Source of the DNA: Catajapyx aquilonaris
Lineage: Eukaryota
Direction: 5' to 3'
Assembly: GCA_000934665.2 (NCBI GenBank)
Contig: KZ538676.1
Span: forward strand, 1 to 54,410
Length of the DNA stretch: 54,410 nt
The notes beneath the pieces were generated by a model that ran no database searches, was not told where the DNA came from, and worked only from the letters and a program-made list of their open reading frames with translations. Within the stretch, counting starts at the first letter, position 1; each line of letters begins with the position of its first letter. Below are positions 11,388 to 23,880 of this stretch, piece by piece. The translations under genes were made by a program, and so were the position numbers.

Positions 11388-13051
11388 TAATGAATGTAAG
11401 TGAATATTCCTCCTTGACACTTGCTTGTTAGATATATTCTCCCAGCTGGGAGATGCTGCACATGCAGTCCGGCAACTTGGTTCCGTATAAGCCTAGCCGG
11501 TAACCTACCCCCTCATGAGCCGTAATAGAGGAAATACACTTATGGCTGGAGCAAGCACTTGCAGCGATCATTAGTGCACCACGCCATGCATAATATTATA
11601 CATATTTACAGAGGCGGTCTACAACTACAGTAAAAACTTTCTGCAATGGGACAGTTAAGGTAGTTTATGTTGCATGAACATTTATGGTGTAAGTTTTCTG
11701 GACGGTTTTCAATAATTAATTATGCCACGGTAATAGAATATAACAGTAGTTGAAATTATACAATATAGCCTAGGTTCACTATGTTTCTTAGAGTATTTGT
11801 GCTTCTTTTACTCTATACTGTGACATAATGTCATAGTACTGTAATACAACCGACTTCTGATCTGCATTTAGGTCAGATGCATTACGTAAGAAATAAAATT
11901 ACTCAATTGCTGGACTTTCACATTATTAAAACGATAAAATTGTTAGCAGACGCCATAAAAATAGCAGTGTCTTACCCTATCCTACTTTTTAGTCCATGTT
12001 GCAATAAAAATGACTATTAATAACAACAACGTAAGATGTTTTAGCACTAATAAAATTATTCAAAGTGACAGGAGGCTAAGCCTATAGGTTACATTAATGG
12101 GGCAAGAAACATTTTCCATCTCTTTTCGGACACAAAAACATACAATTACATATCAAAGGCAGGATTTCAACATCAGGCTCTTTCTGTTCTGGTTCCAATC
12201 ATCGACTGTGTGACAGGTGATTATAGCGTTGTAAACAGAGCGACACAGCTATATCGCATAGACTTTAATATGAATCCTTTTGTGTCATTCGAAAGATGAA
12301 AGCGTTCCAAATCCACACTTTTTGTCCTCTTCTGTTCTCGGATACAATCTCTCAGAGGTCACCCTTGATCAACAACGCACGTAACTGGCTCAGAGTGAAG
12401 TACAGTACAAACAGCATTTATAACACCAAAGCGATGGTGTTGTTTGATGCATGAGAGCAGCATGTGGTGGCTTTTGTAACCTTTCATAAGATATCATCGT
12501 GCAGTAGGAGGCTTTTATCAGTGCCACTGCGGCGATTTTATAAGCATGCTTTGCATAATTCTGAATGGCTGCCTTTCACTTTGATATTCCTAAGTACACC
12601 GCATGGTACCGCAGAGAAAGGCACTATCTCATTGCCTGCCAGACTAGAGCAGGAGGTTATGTTAAATTTTAATCTCTGCCTCATCATTGGCCTGGATTAT
12701 CTTACTGCAATAGCAGGCATTTTCTCTTTTGACCTGGGGAATATGGTTATGTTCACATCGAGCTTGAAGAAAACATCTGCAGTGCTGCTTACCTTATACG
12801 TCACATGAAATCGTATCATTGGTTCGGTCTCACTGAATGATGGTTATTTTCATATTCCAAATGCGGTAGGAGACAGACAGAAAGAGATACCAGTCTTTCC
12901 TCTGATCTTTCTTTCTCCGTTTCTGTCTCCATCTGTCCCATCTGTGTATCTTCTCATAACCAGAGAGCCTTCTTGGCTTTTACCCCTTTCCCCTCAAACA
13001 AACCAGAAATTAATTATTTATCATAATCGATGTGTTTAATAATTTTATTAA

Positions 13052-13335
13052 GGGAGGCCTGGTGGTCTGGTGATTACGCCACTGGCCAGCCAAGCGGGAG
13101 GCCGGGGTTCAAATCCCGTTCCCGTCACCTCTGCTTGGCCGGGTCTTTTTCCGCTTTTCACCCGACATGCCGGGGCAGGATTGCACTAGGGAGTGCAATT
13201 CGGCGGAGCCCAGGGCCAGGAGAAAAGGTCTGGTGTTTAAAGAATGTCAGAAATGACTACCGCACAGCCCCCTCCCTTGGGAACCTCCCCTTCCCCCCCT
13301 AAAAGGGCTCCGTCCTATCACGGGGTAAATATTGA

Positions 13336-13386
<51 letters not shown>
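13052..13386 (+). mobile_element. tRNA-derived SINE, family 2
   Basis: A-box-like TGGTCTGGTG, B box GGTTCAAATCC, GC-rich body, long (AAT)n tail. Confidence 0.8.
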
Positions 13387-13508
13387 TCCGTGGAATTCAT
13401 GAGAAAAAAATGACATCTTCGATCAGAAGAGATGGCAGCTAAATCCGAAGTAAAGGAAGTTATGAGAAATTGGAGAGTGACTTCTAGTTACACACACACA
13501 CACACACC

Positions 13509-13850
13509 CACTCTTGTCTTGACTAAGGCGTGGGGACGGACATTGATCACTTTTCACTGCGAGTGTAAACTGATCTACCCTACCCTACCTAACCTAACCT
13601 ACCCTACCCTACCTAACCTACCCTACCCTAAGTAACCTAGGCTGAGAAAAATGGACTTTTGTGAAACCCTAGAAATGAAAATAGTGGGGACATGTCCCCA
13701 CTAATTTACACATGTCCCCACTGTAATGGTACACTTCGCGTGTGTGAGACTGTGGGGACCGACAAATGTCCCCACAATTGGAACTGGTCCCCACAGCTAC
13801 AGTAAAACCACAGACTTCCGTCCCCAGACCTTAGTCAAGACCTGATCACA
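13509..13850. mobile_element. (CA)n-inserted non-autonomous element A with subterminal IRs and (CCTAA/CCTAC)n core
   Basis: 25-bp IR at 13516-13540 / 13817-13841; repeated GTGGGGAC/GTCCCCAC motifs; flanked by CA repeats; near-identical copy at 14152-14494. Confidence 0.85.
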
Positions 13851-13859
13851 CACACAAAC

Positions 13860-14151
13860 ACATATGTTATAAAGTGCTATCCTTGTGAGGGTCTGGCAAA
13901 AATAAAAATTTAAAACTAACCTAACCTAACCTAACCTAACCTAACCTAACCTAACCTACAAAATACACACGAAATTTTGGTGACCTATTTTTTCACAGTA
14001 AAAAGGAGGTCTTGGTTTGATTTTCCGCCATCCTTGTGAGGACTGTGTACGTTATGAGGGCCTGAAAAAAGTCCTCGTAAGGTTTTCGGTCCTCACAAGG
14101 ATAGGAAACAAGCGAAAAAAATCCTCACAAGGATAGCAATGTCTGACCACA
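13860..14151. mobile_element. (CA)n-inserted element B, same architecture as A but different sequence
   Basis: Perfect 16-bp IR TGCTATCCTTGTGAGG (13875-13890) / CCTCACAAGGATAGCA (14123-14138); (CCTAA)n; repeated GTGAGG/CCTCAC motifs; ends CTGACCACA. Confidence 0.8.
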
Positions 14152-14494
14152 CACTCTTGTCTTGACTAAGGCGTGGGGACGGACATTGATCACTTTTCAC
14201 TGCGAGTGTAAACTGATCTAACCTAACCTAACCTAACCTAACCTAACCTACCCTACCTAACCTACCCTACCCTAAGTAACCTAGGCTGAGAAAAATGGAC
14301 TTTTGTGAAACCCTACAAATGAAAATAGTGGGGACATGTCCCCACTAATTTACACATGTCCCCACTGTAATGGTACACTTCGCGTGTGTGAGACTGTGGG
14401 GACCGACAAATGTCCCCACAATTGGAACTGGTCCCCACAGCTACAGTAAAACCACAGACTTCCGTCCCCAGACCTTAGTCAAGACCTGATCACA
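14152..14494. mobile_element. Element A' (direct copy of 13509-13850)
   Basis: By eye identical to A except for the pentamer microsatellite and CCCTAGAAAT versus CCCTACAAAT. Confidence 0.9.
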
Positions 14495-15708
14495 TGCTTA
14501 GGTCAAACCATTTTCTTTCCAATACTCGCCCGGTTGTATATTCACACAGGTCTCTCCTTTGCGTCCAAACGACACTGTCTTCATCCTAAACATTTTGTCT
14601 AAAGGCGAGAGGCCGTATGGATGGCATACCTTATTTAATCTTGCTATGTTTGACAACAATCAATAAGAAGAAAAATGTATTTGAACGTAGTTTTTTTAAA
14701 GACTATAAGGCCTATTGAAGGAAAATATCTGTAAGACCGTGCGGTCGGTCTCTGGGTGAAACAATAAGTGAAGTCGATGATATATATTTTCTTGGGCGGT
14801 AGTTGCACCTTAATACACTGCTTGCATTTTATAGGCCTACTGCATTATTTTATGCACATGCCCTTTTTTCCCCTTCGAGCTGCCCGGAAACTTACAGTTT
14901 ACTGGCGGTATGTTTAGTTATGGAATGTATCGGTTCGAATTTCCACTCTTTATGGAACATGTTATCTCGTCACAATAATCGAGTTTTTCGCACCTGTATG
15001 TTGTCCAGCAATAAAAACACGTATATATCACTCCCCCACTCCGGTTGAAACTTTCTGATCTCCGCGTCCCCTTTAATGTGCTAGTTTTTTTCCCCTGACT
15101 ACCCCTTATAGGGAAATATCGTGTTGTTGTTGTTGTTGTTGTTGTCCTGACATCACTAAACTACTGGTAAAACTGTTACACATTGTTTTTAATCACCTAT
15201 TTGTCTATTCTCTACACATGCAATGGTTCGGACATGATTGTCAAGTGCAAAGTGAAGTACACCCGAAAGAATACTAAACTTTTACACCAGAGCTGGTGTC
15301 ACAAAATTGGTAATTACGTGCACGAATGGTTCATATTAATTAGTTTCAGCAATATTGCTCTCTCTCTCCTCCTGAGTCAGAAGCACCAGTACTATCCATA
15401 CTTGCCGTGAGATTATATTCCTGTTTTGTTACGTGATGTCCCATTGTCCTTGTCTATTAATTACCCTTCCTTTACTGCCAAGCGCGAATTCACTCAATGC
15501 GTCTATTGTGGTGCAATATCTCAGGTGCCGGTACTGCAGTTCATTGTCTTAAATTACGGTATTAATAACACTCTTTATACACAAAGTCTTCATCTGTAAT
15601 ACCCATGGTAATGAAGTAATCAATGAAAGTTAAGTCGAGGTTTCTGTAAATTCGATATCAGCACAATATTTTTGTGCCGCATAGAAGAAAAGTTGACCTA
15701 AGTTATTA

Positions 15709-15955
15709 CGAGGTGCGTTCGCGACTTTTCCTTGAAAAACAAGAGGTACCCTAGGCAAACAATGATATTTTATTTTTCAACACAGTCTCCTTTCAAGTTA
15801 ATAAGCTTTGTCCCCAGTTTCTCCCATATTTCTATCCGGTCCCCCCATAAGAATGGTTTTTGGGACCCCACCCAACACCCACAGCAGAAATCACTTCAGA
15901 GACAGATCCATGGACCCTTTCATAAAGTTGATTTTGATATTGTGGAATAGGAAAA
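15709..15955 (-). mobile_element. mariner 3'-end relic
   Basis: TA-CGAGG terminus; minus strand gives FLFHNIK and INLKGDCVEK*, matching the mariner C-terminal consensus (FLF..LK; KCI..KGDYVEK*). Confidence 0.7.
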
Positions 15956-15965
15956 TGCTAAAATA

Positions 15966-16367
15966 TTAAGTTTCGTTTTGTAGCATTAACCGTGTGAAAA
16001 AGTCATCCTTGTCACGGAAAAAATCCTGTTGGTCTGACAGCTCAGCTTGAGTGGCGAACTGCGTGGCTGAGCGGTGCCCAATGAGAAGAAACCTAGCTGA
16101 GGCGAAGGTGTTGATGAAGGATTGAAGGGTTAAATGCAATAAGGGGTTAAGTCCACTTTCGGGCAAATGGAGATTTCAGGCACAAGGTGTAGATTCTGCA
16201 TCAATACGTGTAAAAGATAGAGACGATTTTGCATTTGACTCAAGTGCAACTTGCACTTGAATCAAATGCCAATCGTCTCTATCTTTTTGAGCGATATAGT
16301 ACCTAGAATAGCAGGCGAGATATGCCCATGCAATATATTCTTTTGTGCAACAAAGAGGCACATCCAT
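15966..16367 (-). pseudogene. Decayed coding-like segment (about 133 codons, one internal stop)
   Basis: ORFs 16176-16367 and 15966-16166 lie in the same frame, separated by a single stop; product unknown. Confidence 0.2.
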
Positions 16368-17039
16368 GGACGTGCATCGCTTCTACATTAACTTGCTTTC
16401 AACATCATTACTGTAAGGATACAAGTCCGGCTGACGTGTACCCTTATTGCACGAATCTGATCCTTTATCAAAGATGGATATCCTTTATCAAAGATGGTGC
16501 TAAGCTATTGCTATTCGGATTTCATTGCCTTCCCTAGACTTTGTTGAGCTATAACTACAAAACTTATGACAATTAAGAAACGTGAATGAACTGGCATGGT
16601 TCTAAGGTAGAGAGTGACATAAGATATTATTTTGGATGCGATAGCTCTATTCGTGTTTTTTTCAATCGATTTTTTCTTGTTTTCCAAAAGTTAGGTTCTG
16701 TGGACTTATCCCCTTATTGCATTTAACCCTTCCATTGTATCCACCGCAGCCCAACCAATGGGCAGGGCCTCTGCTATGTACAGTACTACCACACCATCAA
16801 CTGCCTCCCCATTACCATGGTCTCCATAGCAGAGATGTTTTCCTCTGTCACAGCCTCATTGTCTCTGCATGTCCTTGTAAGTATCTGCAGAGCTTATCAT
16901 CTTCAAAGCGAGATATTTGATGACAGGACGATGCTCAATGTTGTCCGTGAGCAATAGACTCACTGCACTTTGCACTACCTTCAATTTTTCCTCCCTCTTA
17001 TATGATTCATATAGGTATGGTGAAATGTCCTGTGATCAG

Positions 17040-17129
17040 CACAAGAATGCCTCTATACGTGGTGCCCCATTTAAATATTGAATATCAAACTCCTTCATGA
17101 AAAAACCGCGAATTTATGAATGCCCCTCG
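17040..17129 (+). mobile_element. mariner-type terminal fragment
   Basis: Ends AATTTATGAATGCCCCTCG + TA (rc TA-CGAGGGGCATTCATAAATT), a mariner-like TIR. Confidence 0.5.
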
Positions 17130-18479
17130 TATAGCTTCTTACTTACTCGTATAGAGTCATCATGATTATTCTACGGGAATATTGGCACGTACACTCGTAC
17201 AGTAGCCTACCTGTGACATTGTACTGCATGTAGGCTTACATGTGACGTGATACAATGAACTAAATGTCTCCAGTCTACAATTTCTCTCAGGTGTGTAAAT
17301 TTTTAAGCACAAGAGCGAGGTAGTAAATTGCAAGAAGTCTATAAATTTATTTCCGCGCCACACAAATTTAGGTGTCAATTAAGCGTTTACAGCTGGGCCA
17401 AATAGAGTGCATAAATAGCGTCGCAACTCAACCTCTGGCACCTGCCTGAAAGATGCATAAATAGCTGTGGAAAAGAGACCCGTCTTGAAGCTTTGGAGTC
17501 GTAAGGCGGCAGCAATGATCGTTAGAAAAAAGCCGTAAAAGGAGGTGAAAAACGCTCCTTAACTTTTACAACTCCTCTCTCCTTTCCTCTCTCCCGAAAA
17601 TTCCAAAATGTCGAAGTCGTGAAGAACCATGAGCATGTCAAACTAGGTTACCATACCCTGGCCATTATTCGACAAAAAAAGTAGTCCAAGCCGGAAAATG
17701 GCAGTTAGCTCATTTCCCGGACATTCACAAATGAGCCTGTTGTTCCTTCATGTTGCCCTAGAGGTCACGGGTCATAAAAATGGGGACACGTGCACGGTAC
17801 ATACATCCCCGCATGCTGCATTGGAACAGACAGAGGCCCAAGTCTGTATGGTAATAAAGGCTTCAACTTGCGCTGGGATTAAATGGCCGGCAGCGAGTTC
17901 ATTAGCGTCTAACTACACTATGTTCATTAAGGCTTAAGGGCCAAGGGCAATTTGCATTGATTTTGGCCTCTTGCACCCCCCCCCCCTCCACTTCNCCCCT
18001 CCCCTCCCACCTCCCCCCAATACCATCCTTCCTCTGCATTTGAAAAATTTCGACCAACTCGGTGTACCCGTCTGCGACGTGAATTTGCAACGCGAAACCA
18101 ACTAGAGGTGCTGTTATTTTATTATGGCCTTACCCGGACATACCTTATCGTGACGATGAATTTTTGCGCGATGAATATTTATATCCATCCCTCTGCGAGC
18201 GCAACATCAACCGTAAGTCCGCACTAGAATGAGCATGTGTCGGAGCGAAACTGTAAATTTATCTGCTTAAAAACACAAAGACTATATGAATATCAAGTGA
18301 TTGTAAAAATAATTTGACATGGAATTAAATATCGTGTTATTTTACTTTCGAAAAAATAAAAAGTCAAAATATTATTTTAAACTTCAGTTTCAATATCAGA
18401 ACATTGAATCTGTTTACTCAGAGACACGAGTAATGTATAGCTTTTATCATTACTTGTAGACTGAATTCAAACATTCGCA

Positions 18480-18643
18480 TAGGATGAAAAAAGAACTCTG
18501 TTCATGACCTCGGATAACAATTCAGTGGTTGAGTTCGAAAACCCATCTTATACTCTATCCACACGAGAAAATCGATAATCCTCCGACCAGGGAATCGAAC
18601 TTACTGCGTTTCAGAGACCTAACCGCTATACCATGTACACGGC
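18480..18643 (-). mobile_element. tRNA-derived SINE relic, family 3
   Basis: rc GCCGTGTACATGGTATAGCGGTTAGG...AGTTCGATTCCCTGGTCGG contains A- and B-box-like motifs; left boundary approximate. Confidence 0.55.
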
Positions 18644-18866
18644 ACACTGTTCAGGCGTAACAACTAGGGCACAAAAAGTAACTAAAATTTTAGTCACCTA
18701 ATATATAAATTCAGGTGAACCACCCTGTCGCACTAGACATGCATCATCCACAGGTAACAGACCCCATTATAAGTTGATTCTGAATATAAACACGATATTT
18801 CCGTCCCTTGCTAAAATGTTCCACAATACGTGATAGCTGATCATAAATAAGTCAGTCCGCATAATA

Positions 18867-19599
18867 CAGGGTGAATACTGTAACTTGGGCAAAAATCACA
18901 GGGTGGGTAGTGTAGACCAAGACAAGTATTTTTGACATAGGAACCCATGTCCGGAAATGCCCCCGTACGGGGGTACGGCCGTTTCCCACACAATATTTGG
19001 ATGCAGCCAAAGGCCTGAACAACAATCGTTGTTTGGCTGTTTACATAGCAATTCAAGATCCCAACACAATGACGCATGGTAATAAAATTGTGTCATCCAT
19101 TAGTTCCATCTTTCATGACTAAAATCTGTGTAACAGAGTTGGCTGACCTTGATCTAATAAAATCCTCCGTTCGGCACTTGACACTCGCAATTGTCCACCT
19201 TCGTCTTCTTCACACGCGACACACCTGATGAACGCAAGTTTCGAGTACGGTGGGTTGCCTATCCACCAGGCGCAACTAGAGACCCTTAAAGAAGAGAGTC
19301 GCCAAGTTGTTATGTAAGGTCGTCTCTGATTCATTGGTGTCATTCTTACTCCAGCGAATCAGAGACGACAGTTTTTGGAGTGTTTACGTGCTTTAAGCGG
19401 GTTGGGATCTTGAATTGCTATGTAAACAGCCAAACAACGATTGTTGTTCAGGCCTTTGGCTGCATCCAAATATTGTGCGGGAAACGGCCGTACCCCCGTA
19501 CGGGGGCATTTCCGGACATGGGTTCCTATGTCAAAAATACTTGTCTTGGTCTACACTACCCACCCTGTGATTTTTGCCAAAGTTACAGTATTCACCCTG
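18867..19599. mobile_element. Tc1/mariner-type foldback MITE with 199-bp TIRs
   Basis: TA + CAGGGTG ... CACCCTG + TA; arms 18867-19065 and 19401-19599 nearly perfect; interior minus strand RCVACEEDEGGQL resembles a transposase C-terminus. Confidence 0.95.
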
Positions 19600-21061
19600 T
19601 ATAACCCAACCCTGCTGCACACTACCCACATTGGGAAATGGATCACTAACTCTTAATGATAATTATTATAACTGGCGGACCAAAATCCCCGTGATACATT
19701 ACATTGACGGAAGACCTCTCATCGATTTTATACCTCAAAATATTCTGGAATAGATTAGAATGCAGGATTTAGCATTCCGGAGACGCAGAAGAGGAGATAA
19801 GACACTGTACCAATTTTTATGATGCAAAGTTACATGTACGCCATTATCAAAGGCTTTGCCACTGAAGAGTTTCTCACTCCCTAGCTTGTTAGCGTATACG
19901 TTACATGGCCAACATATAGCCTCTGCGCATAACAAATATCTGTACTGTAATAAATTGACGTTGCTAACTTGACTGCAGGTGCTGTATTCCACAACTGACC
20001 TGCACTAAACTTGTACAGCTTGTTCCCAGCCATTTGCACTTTATATCCCTTCTCAGTAGGCAGTGAATGTAATGCCATTCAAGTGCCCCGTTATTTATGT
20101 CGTGCATTGTGCACTGATTGCCAGGACTTGGGCGGAACAGTAGTATAGTGCGGAAGTCTCAAAGCAAACCCTGTCGCAAATTGAAGGGTACCGCAAGAAT
20201 AAAAAAAAGAGAGACAAGGGGTGCAGAATCGATAGAGTGCTATTAAAGGCGAAGCTTCCAGGCGATTAGTCGTGTTGGGAAGTGACCTCCCAGAAGCCCC
20301 TACCACACACCTTACATCATCATTAGACAAAAGCAAACTCGCCGGCGCCATTAGCGCGAAGTTGGATCTGGGCCGTTGCTTTTCAGCGCCACCTCGGCAG
20401 ATAAATCTTGGCGGCTGCACAAGAAAGACCCATTTCCTCAGCTTCCGCGCAGGTCCCAAATCATTGCTTTGTTTGCTGGACGGGAAGGCGAGGGAGTGCC
20501 AGGGGTGCCAGGAGGACGGGGGAGGGAGCGTAGGGGGTCCCCGTCCAAATTTTAAGGAAATGGGGTTTCTGACCTTTCCCTACTCGGCTCCTTTCTTACT
20601 ACTTTGGCATGACCTCATTACGAGCTGGGGGTATCTGTTAGGGAATCGGCTGGAAAGGCTGGCAAATAGAAGTTCGTGGGAGGAAAATTTCTCGTGAGTC
20701 GTGGCTACCACGAATCACGTGACCGCAAACAGGAATCTGGCGGTCATCAGCCTCGAATGACTCGCAATGGAGGTCATGTCGTGATGAGTTTAGAGATTTA
20801 AATGATTGCATTTTTCCAGATAGGAACTGCAGGGAATGAAATGTTGTTTCAAAGGTGGCATTAGTGGCTAAGAAAAATAGTAGCCATGTTGACGCATCTG
20901 CATAGTATGACATCACACATATTTACAACGGACCGGTGTGGTACAGTAGAATGTCAAAATATTTATTGTAGCTATTTCCATCACATACGTAATTATTATA
21001 CTGTACCTAACTGCTGAAAATATACAATGTAATTCTTTATTGGTTTTTTTAGTACACTGTA

Positions 21062-21140
21062 CAGGGTCATATCGAAAAAGAATGTCCCAATTTTGAAACC
21101 CTATAACTCGAAAACTTGTAGACATATCTAAATGCCTAAG
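21062..21140. mobile_element. Solo TIR fragment of the family at 39372-40110
   Basis: TA-CAGGGT...TTTTGAAACC...AACTCGAAAACTTGTAGACATATCTAAATG matches the rc of 40042-40110. Confidence 0.6.
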
Positions 21141-23088
21141 GCATTATAATGCAATCAAGATATATGTTTTGTTTATGGTATGATTATGGTGTGAATATGA
21201 GGAGTTCCGCAAGCAAATTAGCTTGAAAATATGAAGGACCCTCCCCCCCATAATATTCCTTTTATGCTGCCGACTTGTGGCCCTGGGCTTTTTCATGCTC
21301 CATCACTTCCCATCTTCTGCAGACAAAATTCCATCCAGCAGTCAAAATAACTGCCACGTGATCATCAAAGAGCTCTCCACACTTGATGTCATCAACATTC
21401 CTGCGTCTTCTGCAGACAGATGTCATTAGGTCTCACTGTAAAGTCATCTAAGAAATCTACTGTTAGGCGAAAATGAACTAGTCGTTTTTACATCTTATCG
21501 TTCTGCAGAGTGCAGTAAGGTCATATATAGCAGTAGCTCAAATATTGAGAAAATGATTACAAATTTGAGTATTTTTGTGACGCTTTAGCCAGAGATATGA
21601 CTGTCTCCCTTTCTGATTCACAAAATTAAATAACCTCCTGGGTTATATTGGAACGACTCATTGACCTCCTGGTTACTCTGCAAGTGAATAGTTAAAATAC
21701 ATAACGTATACAGTGACACTTGCATGTGTATATAGCAGAGTCAGAGCCACTGCTTAAATTTTCCTTACAGAACAAGTGTGACATTAAATATTCAAAATCT
21801 TCCTCTACCAAACAAACGGCAATGCTTGCTCTAAATCCAGGATCCGTTACAGACCGGTGTTACTGTACTTTACCTTCTACCTTCTTAAAAAGCACTAAAT
21901 TGAGGAACAATAACAAAATATTTCATTAGCAGTGTATTGTGTACTTGATATAGACTATATACCCAGCCACACAGAACCCCAGACGTTTATGGAGCACAGC
22001 GCAATAGGTTTTTGGAGTATGTCTGATATTATTACTTTTTAATGCTCCTTTAAGTTCCAATCCACACCAGTGTCCACCTAACCAACCCACCCCTCCCGCT
22101 GCATACACACACCAGTAGGGTAATTAGAGTGATTCACAAGTAGGCATACATCCTATGAATACACATACTAATTAAGGTAAATGCACGCCAATGTGATTAT
22201 GCTATACGGTTACTAATATTGGAACACTCCCCCCCACCCCCGGTAAATAACGCAGTGTCAGGGCTTTATTTCACGCCAGGTCCACAGAATTTAGTTAGAC
22301 AATGTCAATATATTCGCCATGATGAAGAGATAACACGGGCACGCTATAATTACATTTTGACGATGCCAGTGATTGAAAGCATGTTCAACCTTGCCATCAT
22401 GCAACAAGAGTTAGTGCTTCGAAGATGCTTAGCCATCAGTGTCACAAAGCGGCGCAACGTGACCTTTCAAACCAAATAATGTCTACACTAGCAAAAAGGC
22501 CATTTCAATAGATCTTCCAATATATTCCAATATATACAAGAGGTCACATTGTAATATATAATTTTACTCTCTCCCACGATACAAAGGGGCCTACTTTTAC
22601 TACGCGTGGAGGCCTATCAAATTACTGCGCATCGTGAATGAAATTCCTGATTAGCTTCGCGTGGAAATCGATGACGAGAGCTTTGGGCTTCAAATTTTGG
22701 GAACGGCCACGAGGCACATAAAAGAGGGATGAGGGGGATGGCGGAAGTGGGGGCAAGCGGGGAGGAGGGAGAGAAGAGAGAGAAACCAATATGTGGGTTT
22801 TCCAAGTTGCCGGAAATATTGGGAGCGCAACGTTATTAAGTTGCGCTAATTATAAGAAGTTGCGCTTTGTTTTCGCCAATATTGACGTATCGTATGGGTG
22901 CTGGTCGAAAAATTGCATTGCAGACTATAGGGTGTTTCTGTAAGGCTTCACAGCTTTGAGAAACTTTTGTTTTTGTAATTCTTTTGTAGCCCTACCATGA
23001 ACCTGTTTGTCCTGCGACAGCCACTTCAAATTCTCCCATATCTGGTAACTTTCTCAGTTTTGTTGATATTATCTGTTAAGTTACTGTA

Positions 23089-23525
23089 CACGGTTCGGAA
23101 ATTTAATATACCGTCTCTTTGGGAAATGATAGAGGGGTTCTAGGCGATCACTTTGAGTATATGCAACATGGGTCTCCGACGCATATAGTTACCGAGATAA
23201 TTAGCATTGAATTAAAAGTGCATTATCCAGCTTATAGGTTTCGGATACTGCTTACGACACTTCCATCGCCTAGGCCATTCTATGCTACGCCTAACAGGAC
23301 CTCAAATTAAAATTAAATTACATGGTAACACCTTAAATTTAAATGAAAAAGGTAAGGTCGCGTGGAGGGACGCATACGTACCAGGATATTTTATACCTTG
23401 TGCTTGAAGCACATTATCTCGGTAACTATGCGTCGGCGACCCATGTTGCATAAATACTTAAAGTGATCGCCTAGAACCCATATATCATTTCCAAAAGCGA
23501 CGGTAGGTTAAATTCCCGAATCCAG
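23089..23525. mobile_element. TA-flanked MITE with about 110-bp imperfect TIRs
   Basis: Left arm ...GGTTCTAGGCGATCACTTT...ATGCAACATGGGTC...TAGTTACCGAGATAAT mirrored at 23411-23525. Confidence 0.85.
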
Positions 23526-23663
23526 TATATTTTGTCAAGAAATTAATATCGAAGTGGTAAAGCAATGTTCACTGGACTTCTAATTTTTACAAACCTGCAT
23601 CACATTATGAGTTAATACATAACACAAGCTATGATTAATGTCTGATATCAAAGTAAGAGTATA

Positions 23664-23880
23664 CAGGGTGTTCCAGATTCGTGGGTCACTTTTTGATAAA
23701 CTGATATCGCCCGGTAGCAGTTTTTTGTAGCTTGTTGTGCCCCTATAACCATGTGTCCAATTCTATAACTATATTCATTAGAATGGAGCACATGGTTAGG
23801 GGCACAACAAGCTACAAAAATAACTGCTATTGGGCGATATCAGTTTATCAAAATGTGACATACGAATCTGGAACACCCTG
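23664..23880. mobile_element. Tc1/mariner MITE, almost fully palindromic (217 bp)
   Basis: TA + CAGGGTGTTCCAGATTCGT ... ACGAATCTGGAACACCCTG + TA; about 100-bp arms; related half copy at about 35803-35885. Confidence 0.92.

Noticed and set aside
13916..13958. Telomere or chromosome-fusion scar
   Set aside because: Short (CCTAA)n blocks are internal parts of IR-bounded elements.
13509..14494. LTR retrotransposon/TRIM or CRISPR-like array
   Set aside because: No TG...CA ends, PBS or PPT; the middle unit is itself an independent element; no regular repeat-spacer period or cas genes.
16459..16498. 20-bp tandem duplication ATCCTTTATCAAAGATGG (similar one near 48101)
   Set aside because: Ordinary local slippage duplication.
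18841..19604. Duplicated 74-78 aa ORFs on opposite strands
   Set aside because: These are translations of the two MITE arms.
20091..20916. Overlapping ORFs of 92-141 aa
   Set aside because: GC-richer, enhancer-like DNA; no domain, no convincing splice sites.
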